A stretch of DNA of 64,000 nt from an uncultured cyanobacterium. GTDB lineage: Bacteria; Cyanobacteriota; Cyanobacteriia; Cyanobacteriales; Nostocaceae. The stretch spans positions 4,544,001 to 4,608,000 of the forward strand of contig OY970166.1 of the NCBI GenBank assembly GCA_963706595.1. The letters run 5' to 3'. How positions within the stretch are numbered: position 1 is the first letter of the stretch; the number at the start of each line of letters is the position of its first letter. Both the position numbers and the translations under genes were made by a program. Of the stretch, positions 1-11,001 are shown piece after piece. Below the pieces are notes generated by a model. It had not been told where the DNA came from and ran no database searches. It saw nothing but the letters and a program-made list of their open reading frames with translations.

Positions 1-1219
1 TCTCGGCGGTGGTTGGTAACGATAATTGCCTTGGTACTTCAATTCTAAACATAGAACCAACCCCTAATTTACTTTCCAAAATAATTCTGCCCCCCATCAT
101 TTGCACCAAAGCATCTATAATTGCTAAACCTAATCCTGTACCAGCATATTTGCGCGTGATACTTTGGTCTACTTGTCGGAAAGCTTCAAAAATATGTTTA
201 AAATCTCTGGGCGCGATGCCAATACCTGTATCCCGAACCGCGATGGCTAATTGGTTGTGAGGAAGTTCTTTCACTTCCACCCAAATACAACCAGATTCGG
301 TGAATTTAATAGCATTGGATAATAAATTGATTAAAATCTGCCGCACACGCACTGAATCATTAAATATCAGAGGTTTTTGCATATCAATATCGACGCGCAA
401 AGACAGCTTTTTTGCTTCAGCTAAAGAACGCATTTGGGCGACGACAATATTGATCGTTTTTGTTAAATCAAATAATTCGGGCTTTAACTCTAGTCGTCCT
501 CCTTCTAGCTTAGAAAAATCAAGAACTTCATTTAATAACATCAATAAATTCTTGCCATTATTCAATATGCGCTCCACCATGTCTGTTTGCTGATGGGTTA
601 GCTGACCGAACTTAGGGCGCAACAAGATTTGAGAAAACCCAATAATGGCATTCATCGGAGTCCGCAGTTCATGAGACATGGTAGCTAAAAACTGCGATTT
701 CAGCCGTGATGCTTCCAAAAGCTTGAAATTTTGTAACTGAATTTGTTGTCTTTGTTGTTCTAGTTCTTGATTCTGACGCAGCAGTTGCTCATTAGTTTCT
801 CTAAGTTGCTGGTTAGCTAAAGCTGTTTGCATTTCAGCGCGGTGTATCCGCATGGCATGGCGTAAAACCTGTGCTAATGTTTCTGAACATACCCTAGATT
901 TAGAAAGATAGTCTGTAGCACCAGCTTTCATCAAATCGACAGCGATTTGTTCATCTTTTTGGGCGGTAAGAACTACTAAAGGAACTTTGATTTCCGCAGC
1001 CCGTAATCTTTGAATAAGTGCCAAACCGTCTTGATCTGGTAGGCGATAATCAAGGAAAACACAATCATAATTAGCAGTTTTTAATGTAGCCAATGCGTCA
1101 CGTCCGTCTGTTACCTCAGACAGTTCAATACAAACACCTGCTTGAGTTAAAGCCCGACGCACTACCATCCGATCTACTTCATTTTCATCTACAACCAAAA
1201 TTCTCAGCGTTTCTTTCAT
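1..1219 (-). CDS. Hybrid response regulator/histidine kinase (receiver-HisKA-HATPase), runs off the window start
   Basis: Translated by hand from the ATG at 1219: MKETLRILVVD...CVFLDYRLPDQDG receiver, FLATMSHELRTPMNAIIGFS H-box, QILINLLSNAIKFT N-box, DTGIGI G1 box. Confidence 0.9.
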   Translation of the reverse strand, partial: MKETLRILVVDENEVDRMVVRRALTQAGVCIELSEVTDGRDALATLKTANYDCVFLDYRLPDQDGLALIQRLRAAEIKVPLVVLTAQKDEQIAVDLMKAGATDYLSKSRVCSETLAQVLRHAMRIHRAEMQTALANQQLRETNEQLLRQNQELEQQRQQIQLQNFKLLEASRLKSQFLATMSHELRTPMNAIIGFSQILLRPKFGQLTHQQTDMVERILNNGKNLLMLLNEVLDFSKLEGGRLELKPELFDLTKTINIVVAQMRSLAEAKKLSLRVDIDMQKPLIFNDSVRVRQILINLLSNAIKFTESGCIWVEVKELPHNQLAIAVRDTGIGIAPRDFKHIFEAFRQVDQSITRKYAGTGLGLAIIDALVQMMGGRIILESKLGVGSMFRIEVPRQLSLPTTAE

Positions 1220-1384
1220 TGGTTTTTATTTTCGCTGTCAAATACAGGTTGATGTCTAACATCTCTAACTTCAAACTATCCAATTAAATAATTTGGTTTT
1301 GATTTGATATCTGGTTTTCATCAAGTTTTCTCCTCTACCCTGTTGCATTTAATTTTTATACTCAAATTTTCCAGAATCAAACTA

Positions 1385-1850
1385 TTTTTCCATCCGAATG
1401 TAACTGACTAAAAATTTGGCACAATATCCCGGATTTATTGATTAATACCATCGGTTTCCTCAACTTTATGCTCATCGCAGGCTGAGAAATATAGTCAGTC
1501 ACTTTTAATCTTTCAGCCTCCACTCTGTCTTGATCCCGGTTGAATTAGTACAATTACGGACGTTGCTCTCAATTTACTATCGCTGGTTTCTCAAGTAGAG
1601 CAAATTGACATAAAGTCCGATAAAATACTTTGTTAACCCTCAAAACGATTGTAAATGAGTCTGGTAACGCCTGTCCTCAGTCATTAGTGAGAGTTACGTA
1701 CCAAAATCGTGTACCATAAGCCTGAGCAGCTTGACTCACTTGGTTGCTGAGTCCAAGTTAAGCCAAAGTCTTGCCAATGCCTGCAATAGAATTCCCAGTA
1801 ACCGTGTTTTTCCTCTGTGTTCACATTGTTTTTGACCTGTGCTAGAGCCA
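1385..1850 (-). pseudogene. Decayed remnants of a histidine kinase C-terminus and an Rcp1-like single-domain response regulator
   Basis: Frameshifted minus-strand fragments SDSKLRATSVIVL / DQDRVEAERLKVTDYISQP...INKSGILCQI resemble an Rcp1-type receiver C-terminus; LAQVKNNV...GLTWTQQP resembles the end of an HATPase domain. Confidence 0.45.
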
Positions 1851-2280
1851 TGATTTATTTGGCGATCGCCAACTCACAGTGTTAAAAAACTCACTAAACT
1901 TGTATGACAATACGCAGAATAATACTGAAGCTATCATCTGCTATGATCTTTATGGGTATACAAGTTAGGATTGGTTTTGGTTTATTCATGGGTGGGATTT
2001 TTAATTAAAGCTTTAGAATAATAGTAAATAAGTTTCTACTCCTGAAGACATGACATAAATTATAACTCGTCTCAATCTTCCATATTTGTGGGGAAAATAA
2101 CGATATATCTTTAGCTAGATTTTTAACGCTAGCTAGGATGAAGAAACCGCGCATTTACTATTTCTATCGATGGATGCGGATTTGGAAAAATATCATCTAT
2201 CTTAGGGTTGGGAAAATAAGATAAACTGCTTAAAAAAGGTGATCAGCTGCAAGATGCAATTATCAACAGCGAGTATAGCA

Positions 2281-3003
2281 ATGAGTGAAATCAGCATTAT
2301 TTTAATTGAAGATCATGATTTGACCAGAATGGGACTAAGAGCTGCGTTGCAATCTAACAGCGCGCTGAAGGTCATTGGTGAAGCAGCAAATGCCACTCAA
2401 GGACTAAAACTTTTGGAAACGGCTAAACCAGATGTGGCAGTGATAGATATTGGTTTACCTGACATGGATGGGATTGAACTCACCCGCAAGTTTAGACGCT
2501 ACCAAGCAGAAACAGGGCAGAATGCCACCAAAATCCTGATTTTGACGATGGATCATACAGAAGATGCCGTCCTGGCAGCTTTTGCGGCAGGTGCAGACTC
2601 TTATTACATGAAAGAGACTAGCATTAATAAATTAACCGAGGCTATACAAGCAACTCATGGCGGTAACTCTTGGATTGATCCAGCGATCGCCAATGTGGTA
2701 TTAAAGAAAATGCGCCAAGGTATCCCCGGAGAAACCCAAACGGCGGATAAGCACAAAACCGTAAAAATTGAAGCCCTAGCCACGGAATACGAACAAGTTT
2801 TAGAAACCTATCCTCTGACTCAACGCGAACTGGAAATCCTAGAGTTAATTGTGGCTGGATGCAGCAATGGGCAAATTGCTGAACAACTATATATTACAGT
2901 GGGGACAGTGAAAACTCACGTGCGGAATATCTTGAATAAACTCTGCGCTGATGACCGGACTCAAGCTGCTGTGCGGGCTTTACGTTCTGGTTTAGTTGGC
3001 TAA
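2281..3003 (+). CDS. NarL/LuxR-family response regulator
   Basis: Receiver (IEDHD...DIGLPDMDG) plus C-terminal LuxR HTH (LTQRELEIL...TVKTHVRNILNKL); ATG at 2281 preferred as start. Confidence 0.93.
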   Translation: MSEISIILIEDHDLTRMGLRAALQSNSALKVIGEAANATQGLKLLETAKPDVAVIDIGLPDMDGIELTRKFRRYQAETGQNATKILILTMDHTEDAVLAAFAAGADSYYMKETSINKLTEAIQATHGGNSWIDPAIANVVLKKMRQGIPGETQTADKHKTVKIEALATEYEQVLETYPLTQRELEILELIVAGCSNGQIAEQLYITVGTVKTHVRNILNKLCADDRTQAAVRALRSGLVG

Positions 3004-3020
3004 AAATTAATCTGTTTCGA

Positions 3021-4370
3021 TTAATACCATTTTTGCTGTAAACAATCAGCAATTCTACGGGCTGCCCCTGGTTTACCCATGCGCCGCATTCCGTTTTCGG
3101 CAATCATTTGCAAACGATCAGGATCTTGCAACAGCGATCGCACCACCTGGGGAACTTGTGCTGGATTGTCTACTAAAAGGAGAGATGTGCCTAAAAGTCG
3201 GCTTTGAGCTTCGGCAAAGGCTGGGTTATATTGGGGACCATGACCGGGAATAGCGATCGCGGGTTTTCCTAAACCTACGAATTGTTCTGTTGCTGTACCA
3301 GCCATCGCGATCGCTAAATCTCCCCAATAGAGACAATCATTATAGGCTTGTTGTGTGAGGACGACATAAGCATTTTTTTGCTGAAATACCAACGCATCAG
3401 GATCAGCAATGGGGAGGGGCGATTCTGCATGAATTTGCCATCCTTGGGATTTCATAGTTGTGGATAAAATACTTTGATCTAAACCAGGAGCGATCGCCCC
3501 CAAAAATACCACACTGCCAAAACTTTGTAAAATCCCATCTCGTTCCGAGAAACTAGCCATCAATGCAGACACAGCCAGCATAATAATTTCCCAGTTAGCG
3601 TAAGCCTCCGGGGGACGTGAACCCGGTAATAGAGTGACTACTAACGGTCTAACTATTTCTTGCTGCTGGGCGGCTGAACTATAAAATTGTGGTTTTGAAA
3701 ACGTTGATTCTAGATCATCCATCATCGGATTACCCAAATCAAAAGCCGGAATTGACCATTTTTGTAATATTTCCGTAGTCAAAGCATCTCTAGGGAACAC
3801 AGCCTGACAACGGCGACGACTCATCAACCAACGTTCCCAAGGATGATAAATTGAACCAGAAAAGTTTTCCCAACGCGCACCTTTTGATTTTCTGGGTAAT
3901 AGTCCCACTTCATTCCGCACGTAATATTCCGATTTTGCCGTCCCTACAAAAGCATAATTAGCACCACTAAAAGCAGCAAATAACAAAGGGACAATATCCC
4001 CGACAGCTAAAATAGCGCTCTTGTTACCTAATTCTTTTTGGGAAGCTACCCAACCCCGAACAGCTTCAATTTGATTCAGGGTAAGTTGCAGCAAACCACC
4101 ACGGACATCCCTGACTAATTGCCGGCTATCCATATAAATAAAGCCCCCAGAAGGCATGGTGCGGACTGAACCAATACAGGGGATGCCTAACTTTTGGTAA
4201 GCACGTCCTTCACCCACCAAAGGTAATGCAAAGATATCTGGGGGGTGTTCTTGTTGTTGGAATTGCTGCACAATGCTGGTAGCAATTACATCTTCTCCAT
4301 GACCGTTACTTAAAACCAGTAACTGTAACTTGTCGTTGACTTTTGGGATTAATGGGGAGACATTACTCAT
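3021..4370 (-). CDS. Lipid-A-disaccharide synthase-related protein (cyanobacterial GT-B family)
   Basis: LSNGHGED N-terminal motif, LLPGSR, AMAGTATEQFVGLGKP. Confidence 0.8.
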   Translation of the reverse strand: MSNVSPLIPKVNDKLQLLVLSNGHGEDVIATSIVQQFQQQEHPPDIFALPLVGEGRAYQKLGIPCIGSVRTMPSGGFIYMDSRQLVRDVRGGLLQLTLNQIEAVRGWVASQKELGNKSAILAVGDIVPLLFAAFSGANYAFVGTAKSEYYVRNEVGLLPRKSKGARWENFSGSIYHPWERWLMSRRRCQAVFPRDALTTEILQKWSIPAFDLGNPMMDDLESTFSKPQFYSSAAQQQEIVRPLVVTLLPGSRPPEAYANWEIIMLAVSALMASFSERDGILQSFGSVVFLGAIAPGLDQSILSTTMKSQGWQIHAESPLPIADPDALVFQQKNAYVVLTQQAYNDCLYWGDLAIAMAGTATEQFVGLGKPAIAIPGHGPQYNPAFAEAQSRLLGTSLLLVDNPAQVPQVVRSLLQDPDRLQMIAENGMRRMGKPGAARRIADCLQQKWY

Positions 4371-4442
4371 ATAAAATTGGTATAAACAGATAATAAACAA
4401 GATATTGCCGTCATCAAATATAAATATTATTTATTTGCCCTG

Positions 4443-5711
4443 ATGAAAAAAGATTCTATAAACCCTAAACGCATATTATTCTTACATCCCAACTTTCCCG
4501 CCCAATTTCGCCACATAGCCACAGCTTTAGCCCAAGATAGTAATTACCAAGTTGTATTTTGCACTAATTGTCAGGAAGGAACAATACCTGGCGTATTTAA
4601 AGCTATTTATCAACCTTCCCGTCAAGCTACAAAACCAACTCACCATTATGTCCACAATTTAGAAAATGCAGTTCTCACCGGACAAGCTGTATATCGAATC
4701 TGCACACAACTCAAAGCACAGGGTTTTATCCCAGATATAATTTATGGTCATTCTGGTTGGGGTCCGACTTTATTTATGAAAGAACTTTTCCCCCAAGCAG
4801 AGTTATTATGCTTCTTTGAATGGTTTTATCATGCTCACGGATCTGATGTCAACTTTGACCCCAAAGAACCATTAAATACGGATGAACAATGTCGAATTCG
4901 GATCATCAACGCCCCAATTTTAATTGATTTATATAGTTGCGATCGCGGACTTTCTCCCACTCATTGGCAGCATCAACAATTCCCACCAGAATATCATAGT
5001 AAAATTAATATTTGCCATGATGGCATTGATACTAACTTCTTTCGACCAAATCCTGGAAGTAAATTAGTTTTACCCCGCATTAATCTTGACCTTACCCATG
5101 TGGAAGAATTAGTAACCTATGTAGCCAGAGGAATGGAACCTTATCGTGGTTTTCCTCAGTTTATGGAAGCAGTAGCCTTAATTCAACAACAACGACCAAA
5201 TGCTCATATTGTAGTTGTAGGAGAAGATAGAGTAGCCTATAGTAAAAATCTCCCCAATGGCAAAACTTATAAACAGTTAATGTTAGAGAAATTAGATTTA
5301 GATTTATCCAGATTACATTTTACTGGTCTACTACCTTATCCTGAATACCTCAAAGTTTTACAAGCATCCTCAGCCCATATTTATTTAACTCGTCCCTTTG
5401 TTTTATCGTGGTCAATGTTAGAATCAATGTCCACAGGATGTTTGTTGATAGCTTCTAATACTTCCCCAGTGTTAGAAGTAATTAAAGATCGCCAAAATGG
5501 ACTACTAATAGATTTCTTTTCTCCCCAACAAATTGCCAACAAAGTCAACGAAGTGTTAGACAATCCCCAAGATATGATAGCTATTCGTACAGCAGCAAGA
5601 AAGACCATAGTGAAAAAATATGATTTAGCAACATTATTACCACAGCATTTAGATTGGTTATTGGGAAAGAAAACTTCCGTTAAGTCTCATGGGTTTGCAA
5701 AGCTAAGATAG
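4443..5711 (+). CDS. Glycosyltransferase family 4
   Basis: LHPNFPAQF, GHSGWG, RGMEPYRGFPQF, PFVLSWSMLESM motifs. Confidence 0.9.
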   Translation: MKKDSINPKRILFLHPNFPAQFRHIATALAQDSNYQVVFCTNCQEGTIPGVFKAIYQPSRQATKPTHHYVHNLENAVLTGQAVYRICTQLKAQGFIPDIIYGHSGWGPTLFMKELFPQAELLCFFEWFYHAHGSDVNFDPKEPLNTDEQCRIRIINAPILIDLYSCDRGLSPTHWQHQQFPPEYHSKINICHDGIDTNFFRPNPGSKLVLPRINLDLTHVEELVTYVARGMEPYRGFPQFMEAVALIQQQRPNAHIVVVGEDRVAYSKNLPNGKTYKQLMLEKLDLDLSRLHFTGLLPYPEYLKVLQASSAHIYLTRPFVLSWSMLESMSTGCLLIASNTSPVLEVIKDRQNGLLIDFFSPQQIANKVNEVLDNPQDMIAIRTAARKTIVKKYDLATLLPQHLDWLLGKKTSVKSHGFAKLR

Positions 5712-5785
5712 TTATCGTGATCTAGTAGGGTTTTTTCGTTGCTACCTACTTAAGTGAAGTACACAGAAGAGATAATTAACCACAA

Positions 5786-5895
5786 GGTGTTGCCCAAACC
5801 AAGTATGAATTTAAATGTAGAGACGTTCCATGGAACGTCTCTACAGGGGTTTTGACATCATCACAAATCCTGTTATACTTCAAATCAGCAACGCC
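5786..5895. mobile_element. MITE-like element with an internal 30-bp perfect palindrome
   Basis: Imperfect terminal inverted repeats GGTGTTGC..AAGTATGA / TTATACTT..GCAACGCC; palindrome TGTAGAGACGTTCCATGGAACGTCTCTACA at 5816-5845. Confidence 0.6.
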
Positions 5896-6134
5896 AACCA
5901 CTAACCTAGACACAAAGTGGCTAACTCTACGAAAAAGCCAAAGGTAAACCCGCAGGACATACAGATAAACCGGGAATTCTTACAGGTGCATAAGAAACAA
6001 AATCTTAAAATTAACTGTCTGTTTAGGCAAGAGGTATCAATGAGGATATTAATCGGCCAAGCTGCTGTTAGTGATTAATATCCTCATTACCTAAACTCAC
6101 TAAAACTAATTACCAGTGAATTAGGCTAAATATT

Positions 6135-8165
6135 ATGCAAATTTCTTCTGCGGCAATTCTGACTTTGGCTACTTTGGCAGCTAGTAATCTTACACAACAA
6201 CAAGCAACGGCTACAACTATCACAGTTGCTTCTCAGGATGAAGCTGCGGAAAATTTTGTAGTGCCAGTCATTGCAGAAACACCTGCACGAATTGAAGCTA
6301 TTGCATCCCCAGAAACTGTAGCTATTCAACAATTTTCTCAGAATAATCTAGTTGTGCAAACAGGTGGACAAAAAAACCCCACCTCTTCACGTCAACCTAT
6401 CCTCATCTCTTCAGATACCACTGATAGTAATTTAGTTGTCCCTGCTACAGATGTCCAGGTGGTGGGAGCTACTCCAGAATTGCAGCAGATTGTCCGCCAA
6501 GTGATTAAAACCCAGACAGGGGGGGAAACAAGTCAAAGTCAGCTACAAAGAGATGTTAACACCATCTTAGAGACTGGTTTATTTGCTAGTGCTAACGTCA
6601 ATAGCAGCACTACCCCAAATGGCCTAAATGTAGTGTATCAAGTGGAACCAGTGGTAGTGCGATCGCTGCAACTTTCAGGTGCAAAAGCCCTCACCTATCG
6701 GGTAGCCCAAGAACGTTTCCAATCGCAAATCGGTAAACCCATCAGTCCAGAAGGACTCAAACAAGCTGTAAAACAAATTGATCAATGGTACGCCGACAAT
6801 GGTTATAAATTAGCCAACGTATTATCCATTAAACCCAATCGTCAAGGTATCTTGACAGTCAATGTCGCTGAAGGCTTAGTGGGTGACATTAAGTTTCGCT
6901 TTATTAATGACGATGGGAAAACCGTTGATAGCAAGGGTGAACCAGTAGCAGGACGTACCAAACCCGATTTTCTTCGACAGCAATTAAAACTCAAGCCTGG
7001 GCAAATTTTTCAAGAAGATACTGTCCGCCAAGATGTGCAGCAGTTATACCGCACTGGCTTATTTGAAACTGTGAATGTTGCCTTTGAAGGTGATGCGAAT
7101 AAAGTTGATTTAATTTACCAAGTCAAAGAATTTGGCGCGCGGGCGATTAACGTCGGCGGTAGCTTTAATGCTGACCTGGGATTATTAGGGACATTAAGCT
7201 ATCAAGATCAAAATATTGGTGGTACTAATGATAATTTGGCTGTAAGTGTGGGCGTGAGTCGCAATGATTTGCAGTTTAATACTCAATTAACAAGTCCTTA
7301 TCGTGCCACTGAACCTGAGCGTTTAGGCTACACAGTTAATGCTTTCCGTAACCGGGAAGTTTCCTTCATCTTGGATGACAAGATTAAACTAGCTAATGGC
7401 GACCAAGCGCGAGAAGGTCAGGTTGGGACTGGTATCAGCTTTCAGCAACCCCTTGATGATTGGGATACAGCTTTGGGATTTAACTATACTCGCACTAGTA
7501 TTCGCGATCGCCAAGGTAATATTACCGCAACCGACGTACAGGGCAATCCCCTGACTGCAAGTGGTACTGGTATTGATGATCTAGCCACAGTATCCTTTAC
7601 CGCCTCCCAAGATAAACGAGATAATATTTTTAATCCTACTCAAGGTTCCTTACTAAGTTTGAGTACAGAACAATCTGTACCAGTTGGTCAAGGTAATATT
7701 ACTTTGAATCGCCTCAAGGCCAACTACACTCAATATGTGCCAGTGAAATTATTTAACACTAATAATACACAGCCCCAAGTATTCGCTGTGAATTTTCAAG
7801 CTGGGACAGTAATTGGTGATTTACCACCTTATGAAAGTTTTAACTTGGGTGGTTCTAATTCAGTCCGGGGTTACGATACCGGAGAAGTTGGTAGTGGTCG
7901 CAGTTATGTATTAGCTAGCGCAGAATACCGCTTTCCCATTGTCCCAGTGTTGGGGGGTGTAGTATTTGCCGATTTTGCCTCAGACTTAGGCTCTGGTGAG
8001 ACTGTATTAGGAGATCCGGCGGGTTTAAGGGGCAAACCGGGGTATGGTTTTGGTTATGGCGCTGGGGTGCGGATTGACTCACCTCTGGGCTTAATCCGGG
8101 CTGATTATGGCATTAATGACCAAGGAGAAAGCAAAGTGCATTTAGGTATAGGACAAAGATTTTAA
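6135..8165 (+). CDS. Omp85/BamA-family outer membrane protein (POTRA domains plus beta-barrel)
   Basis: Signal peptide, POTRA-like repeats, GGSNSVRGY motif, SPLGLIRADYG, C-terminal GIGQRF. Confidence 0.92.
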   Translation: MQISSAAILTLATLAASNLTQQQATATTITVASQDEAAENFVVPVIAETPARIEAIASPETVAIQQFSQNNLVVQTGGQKNPTSSRQPILISSDTTDSNLVVPATDVQVVGATPELQQIVRQVIKTQTGGETSQSQLQRDVNTILETGLFASANVNSSTTPNGLNVVYQVEPVVVRSLQLSGAKALTYRVAQERFQSQIGKPISPEGLKQAVKQIDQWYADNGYKLANVLSIKPNRQGILTVNVAEGLVGDIKFRFINDDGKTVDSKGEPVAGRTKPDFLRQQLKLKPGQIFQEDTVRQDVQQLYRTGLFETVNVAFEGDANKVDLIYQVKEFGARAINVGGSFNADLGLLGTLSYQDQNIGGTNDNLAVSVGVSRNDLQFNTQLTSPYRATEPERLGYTVNAFRNREVSFILDDKIKLANGDQAREGQVGTGISFQQPLDDWDTALGFNYTRTSIRDRQGNITATDVQGNPLTASGTGIDDLATVSFTASQDKRDNIFNPTQGSLLSLSTEQSVPVGQGNITLNRLKANYTQYVPVKLFNTNNTQPQVFAVNFQAGTVIGDLPPYESFNLGGSNSVRGYDTGEVGSGRSYVLASAEYRFPIVPVLGGVVFADFASDLGSGETVLGDPAGLRGKPGYGFGYGAGVRIDSPLGLIRADYGINDQGESKVHLGIGQRF

Positions 8166-8194
8166 GCACAAACAAAACTCCGAAGTGCAGGACT

Positions 8195-8307
8195 CTGCAC
8201 CCTGCCTCTTCCCCCCTGCACCCTGCACCCTGCACCCTGCACCCTGCCTCTTCTCCCCACTCCCCACTCCCCACTCCCCACTCCCCACTCCCCACTCCCC
8301 ACTCCCA
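8195..8307. repeat. Heptamer tandem repeats (CACCCTG)n and (CCCCACT)n, STRR-type
   Basis: Arrays directly visible between genes; similar arrays near 10017, 10295, 12385, 46300, 47100 and 50995. Confidence 0.9.
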
Positions 8308-8366
8308 TATTAGCGATCGCCTGTCCTTCCGCGATAAAATTCTCAAGCACAACAGCGCCATGATCC

Positions 8367-9203
8367 ATGACCCAAATCAACTGGCAAATTGCCAAAAACT
8401 ACGAAGATATCACATATCACAAAGCTGACGGTATTGCCAAAATCACCATCAATCGCCCCCATAAACGCAATGCCTTTCGCCCTAAAACTGTCTTTGAACT
8501 CTACGATGCTTTCTGTGATGCTCGTGAAGATTTGCACATTGGCGTAGTCTTATTTACTGGTGCAGGACCCCACACTGATGGTAAATACGCCTTCTGTTCT
8601 GGTGGAGACCAAAGTGTACGCGGACAGGCGGGTTATGTTGACGATGCGGGTATCCCCCGTTTAAACGTGTTGGACTTGCAACGCCTCATTCGTTCAATGC
8701 CGAAAGTGGTAATTGCTTTAGTTGCTGGATATGCCATTGGTGGTGGACACGTCCTGCATCTGATTTGTGACCTCACCATTGCCGCCGATAATGCCATTTT
8801 TGGACAAACTGGACCCAAAGTGGGCAGTTTCGATGGTGGTTTTGGTGCAAGTTATCTCGCCCGTGTTGTGGGACAAAAAAAGGCGCGAGAAATTTGGTTT
8901 CTCTGCCGCCAATATAATGCCCAACAAGCTCTAGATATGGGTTTAGTAAATTGTATTGTCCCAGTAGAACAACTAGAAGCTGAAGGTATTCAATGGGCGC
9001 AAGAAATTTTAGAAAAAAGTCCCATTGCAATTCGGTGTCTGAAATCAGCATTCAACGCTGATTGTGACGGACAAGCTGGTTTACAAGAACTAGCCGGGAA
9101 CGCCACTCTACTGTATTACATGACAGAAGAGGGTTCTGAGGGAAAACAAGCCTTTTTGGAAAAACGTCCCCCGAATTTCCGTACCTTTCCTTGGCTACCT
9201 TAA
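8367..9203 (+). CDS. menB: 1,4-dihydroxy-2-naphthoyl-CoA synthase
   Basis: [26 protein letters not shown] motifs. Confidence 0.97.
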   Translation: MTQINWQIAKNYEDITYHKADGIAKITINRPHKRNAFRPKTVFELYDAFCDAREDLHIGVVLFTGAGPHTDGKYAFCSGGDQSVRGQAGYVDDAGIPRLNVLDLQRLIRSMPKVVIALVAGYAIGGGHVLHLICDLTIAADNAIFGQTGPKVGSFDGGFGASYLARVVGQKKAREIWFLCRQYNAQQALDMGLVNCIVPVEQLEAEGIQWAQEILEKSPIAIRCLKSAFNADCDGQAGLQELAGNATLLYYMTEEGSEGKQAFLEKRPPNFRTFPWLP

Positions 9204-9210
9204 AATTATA

Positions 9211-9243
9211 AAAATCGCACCTAGTGATCAGGTGCGATTTTTT
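9211..9243. terminator. Probable bidirectional intrinsic terminator
   Basis: AAAATCGCACCT-agtgatc-AGGTGCGATTTT hairpin between convergent genes. Confidence 0.7.
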
Positions 9244-9282
9244 CAGATTTAATAAACTAAAAATTGAGTTCGTTCTCAGCAA

Positions 9283-9597
9283 CTAAATTTGTCCTACCGT
9301 AGTCTTAGCTTTTGGTGAAGTGTAGTTAGCTATTTCTTCTACAGGAGCAGTAATAGTATTGTCGGCATCTGTAGCCAGAGTGTTTGAAGAACCTAAAAAT
9401 CTTTTTGCATCTGGTAAATCCCAAGCGTCTTCCAAAGTTTCCCAAGAAGGTGCAAAAGGTGGCAGCGCCAAAGAGCAAGCTTTCCAACCTGCTTGCACAA
9501 GGCTTCCTAACTGCTGGCACATTCCGCCTCGGCGACCCTCTGGTTGGTAATGACGACAATATCTACAGGCAGATGTCACGGATTTAATAGGTTTCAT
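9283..9597 (-). CDS. Conserved-type cyanobacterial hypothetical protein with Cys motif
   Basis: CRYCRHY.PEGRRGG.C...W..C pattern, 104 aa. Confidence 0.7.
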   Translation of the reverse strand: MKPIKSVTSACRYCRHYQPEGRRGGMCQQLGSLVQAGWKACSLALPPFAPSWETLEDAWDLPDAKRFLGSSNTLATDADNTITAPVEEIANYTSPKAKTTVGQI

Positions 9598-10073
9598 TTG
9601 AGTTCATCTTTAATGCAGTTTGTGGCTGATTTGCATACTTACTATTTTGCTCCTATATATAAAGGGGTAATATACCCAAAAAGTCATTATCTTACATGGG
9701 TTTCAGCGATCCCCACTACTAAATAAACTTTAGAATGTTTTTATATTCTTGTTATATATGTAAATGATCACGGTAGTGGATACACACTAATTTTTAAGTA
9801 AAACTGACTGGGGATCAATGCTAAGGTCATAAGTTTGGATTTCAACAAAATCAAAAATCTATGTCTCAGGTATAGTTTTTGTAATGAATTCCCGTAGATT
9901 GTTGAGGCTCGCTGGCATAATTTTATCTAAAGTTATACATCCCTCAAGGATGAAAACATCCTCATGTTTGTGGTTAATTAATTGCTCGCATATCTACAGA
10001 CGCGATTGAAAAGAAGCAGGGGAGCAGGGAGCAGGGAGCAAGGGGGAGTTAGAAATTACTTTAAACTTCCTTA

Positions 10074-10272
10074 GAGGTTGTTTGAAAAGTCTAATTTATT
10101 ACGAGCCTCGGCGACTAGAAGTCGCGGCTACACAGACAAAACCCACCTTCGTGGGTTCAAAAATCGCTATTTACAGTTAGTCCGCGCAGGCGGACTTCCC
10201 TCCGGGAAGCCGCTACGCGTCATGTTTGTGTAGTAGCGAATTATATTCGCCCAAAACTTTTCAAACATCCTC
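10074..10272. mobile_element. MITE with 17-bp terminal inverted repeats and TTA target duplication (IS5-family-like ends)
   Basis: tta-GAGGTTGTTTGAAAAGT ... ACTTTTCAAACATCCTC-tta; internal hairpins; no transposase. Confidence 0.8.
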
Positions 10273-10349
10273 TTAGTTAACTGTTCCTCTTCTCCCCTGC
10301 ACCCTGCCCCCTGCACCCTGCCCCCTGCACCCTGTCTCTTGTTGGTAGG

Positions 10350-10892
10350 CTAAAACTGCTTGGCAGCACAAACACAACAGACTTGCCAACGCTGGAGTTC
10401 ACCGGGTGGGGTAGGAGATTGACACTGGGGACAAAGGGGTAAGCCATGCGATCGCGCTTGCATTGTTTTAGCCCAAGATTCAAATGCAGTATTGGCGCTC
10501 TTCTTAGTGGGTGTAACCTGAGTGCGGGAAATATTGACATTACCCAAATAACTGGGATGCTCCTGTGGAATGACGGTTTTTTCCTGTAAGTAATCTGGAA
10601 GAGGTTGCCAATCTTTAGTAGAAAACCGAATATCCACCAAAGGCTCAGACAATTTTTGATTTAATTTTAAAAGTAGAGTTGTCCTTCCAAAGGTCATGTT
10701 CTGCGCCCAAGCAGCGCTAGAAGTTGCTACCTGCAAAACATCACGCTGAATTGATAATGGTCGCGTATGGGTAGCAGCCACTTTTCCGACAATATCTGGC
10801 CATAACTGAAGCAAGCGCTGAAATGGGTGTTCTTGCCATTTAGCCTGCTGTTTCACAACACCTAAAATATCATTAACTGATTTCAAAGACAT
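10350..10892 (-). CDS. DUF721/DciA-family protein with C-terminal Zn finger
   Basis: WPDIVG..AATHTRP, ATSSAAWAQ, CPQC...CCVC. Confidence 0.85.
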   Translation of the reverse strand: MSLKSVNDILGVVKQQAKWQEHPFQRLLQLWPDIVGKVAATHTRPLSIQRDVLQVATSSAAWAQNMTFGRTTLLLKLNQKLSEPLVDIRFSTKDWQPLPDYLQEKTVIPQEHPSYLGNVNISRTQVTPTKKSANTAFESWAKTMQARSHGLPLCPQCQSPTPPGELQRWQVCCVCAAKQF

Positions 10893-11001
10893 TTTTAAAT
10901 TTGCTGAATGTTAGTAAGGAGATTTAAACAATTTTCGCTATGATGACGCTTAATGTCATGTATCTAAAGTGAATCCAGTAGTCTAGGTTTGAGGCACACA
11001 G

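Noticed and set aside
8113..8395. ORFs with GVGSGEW / GAGCRVQ repeats
   Set aside because: They are translations of heptamer STRR arrays and overlap real genes.
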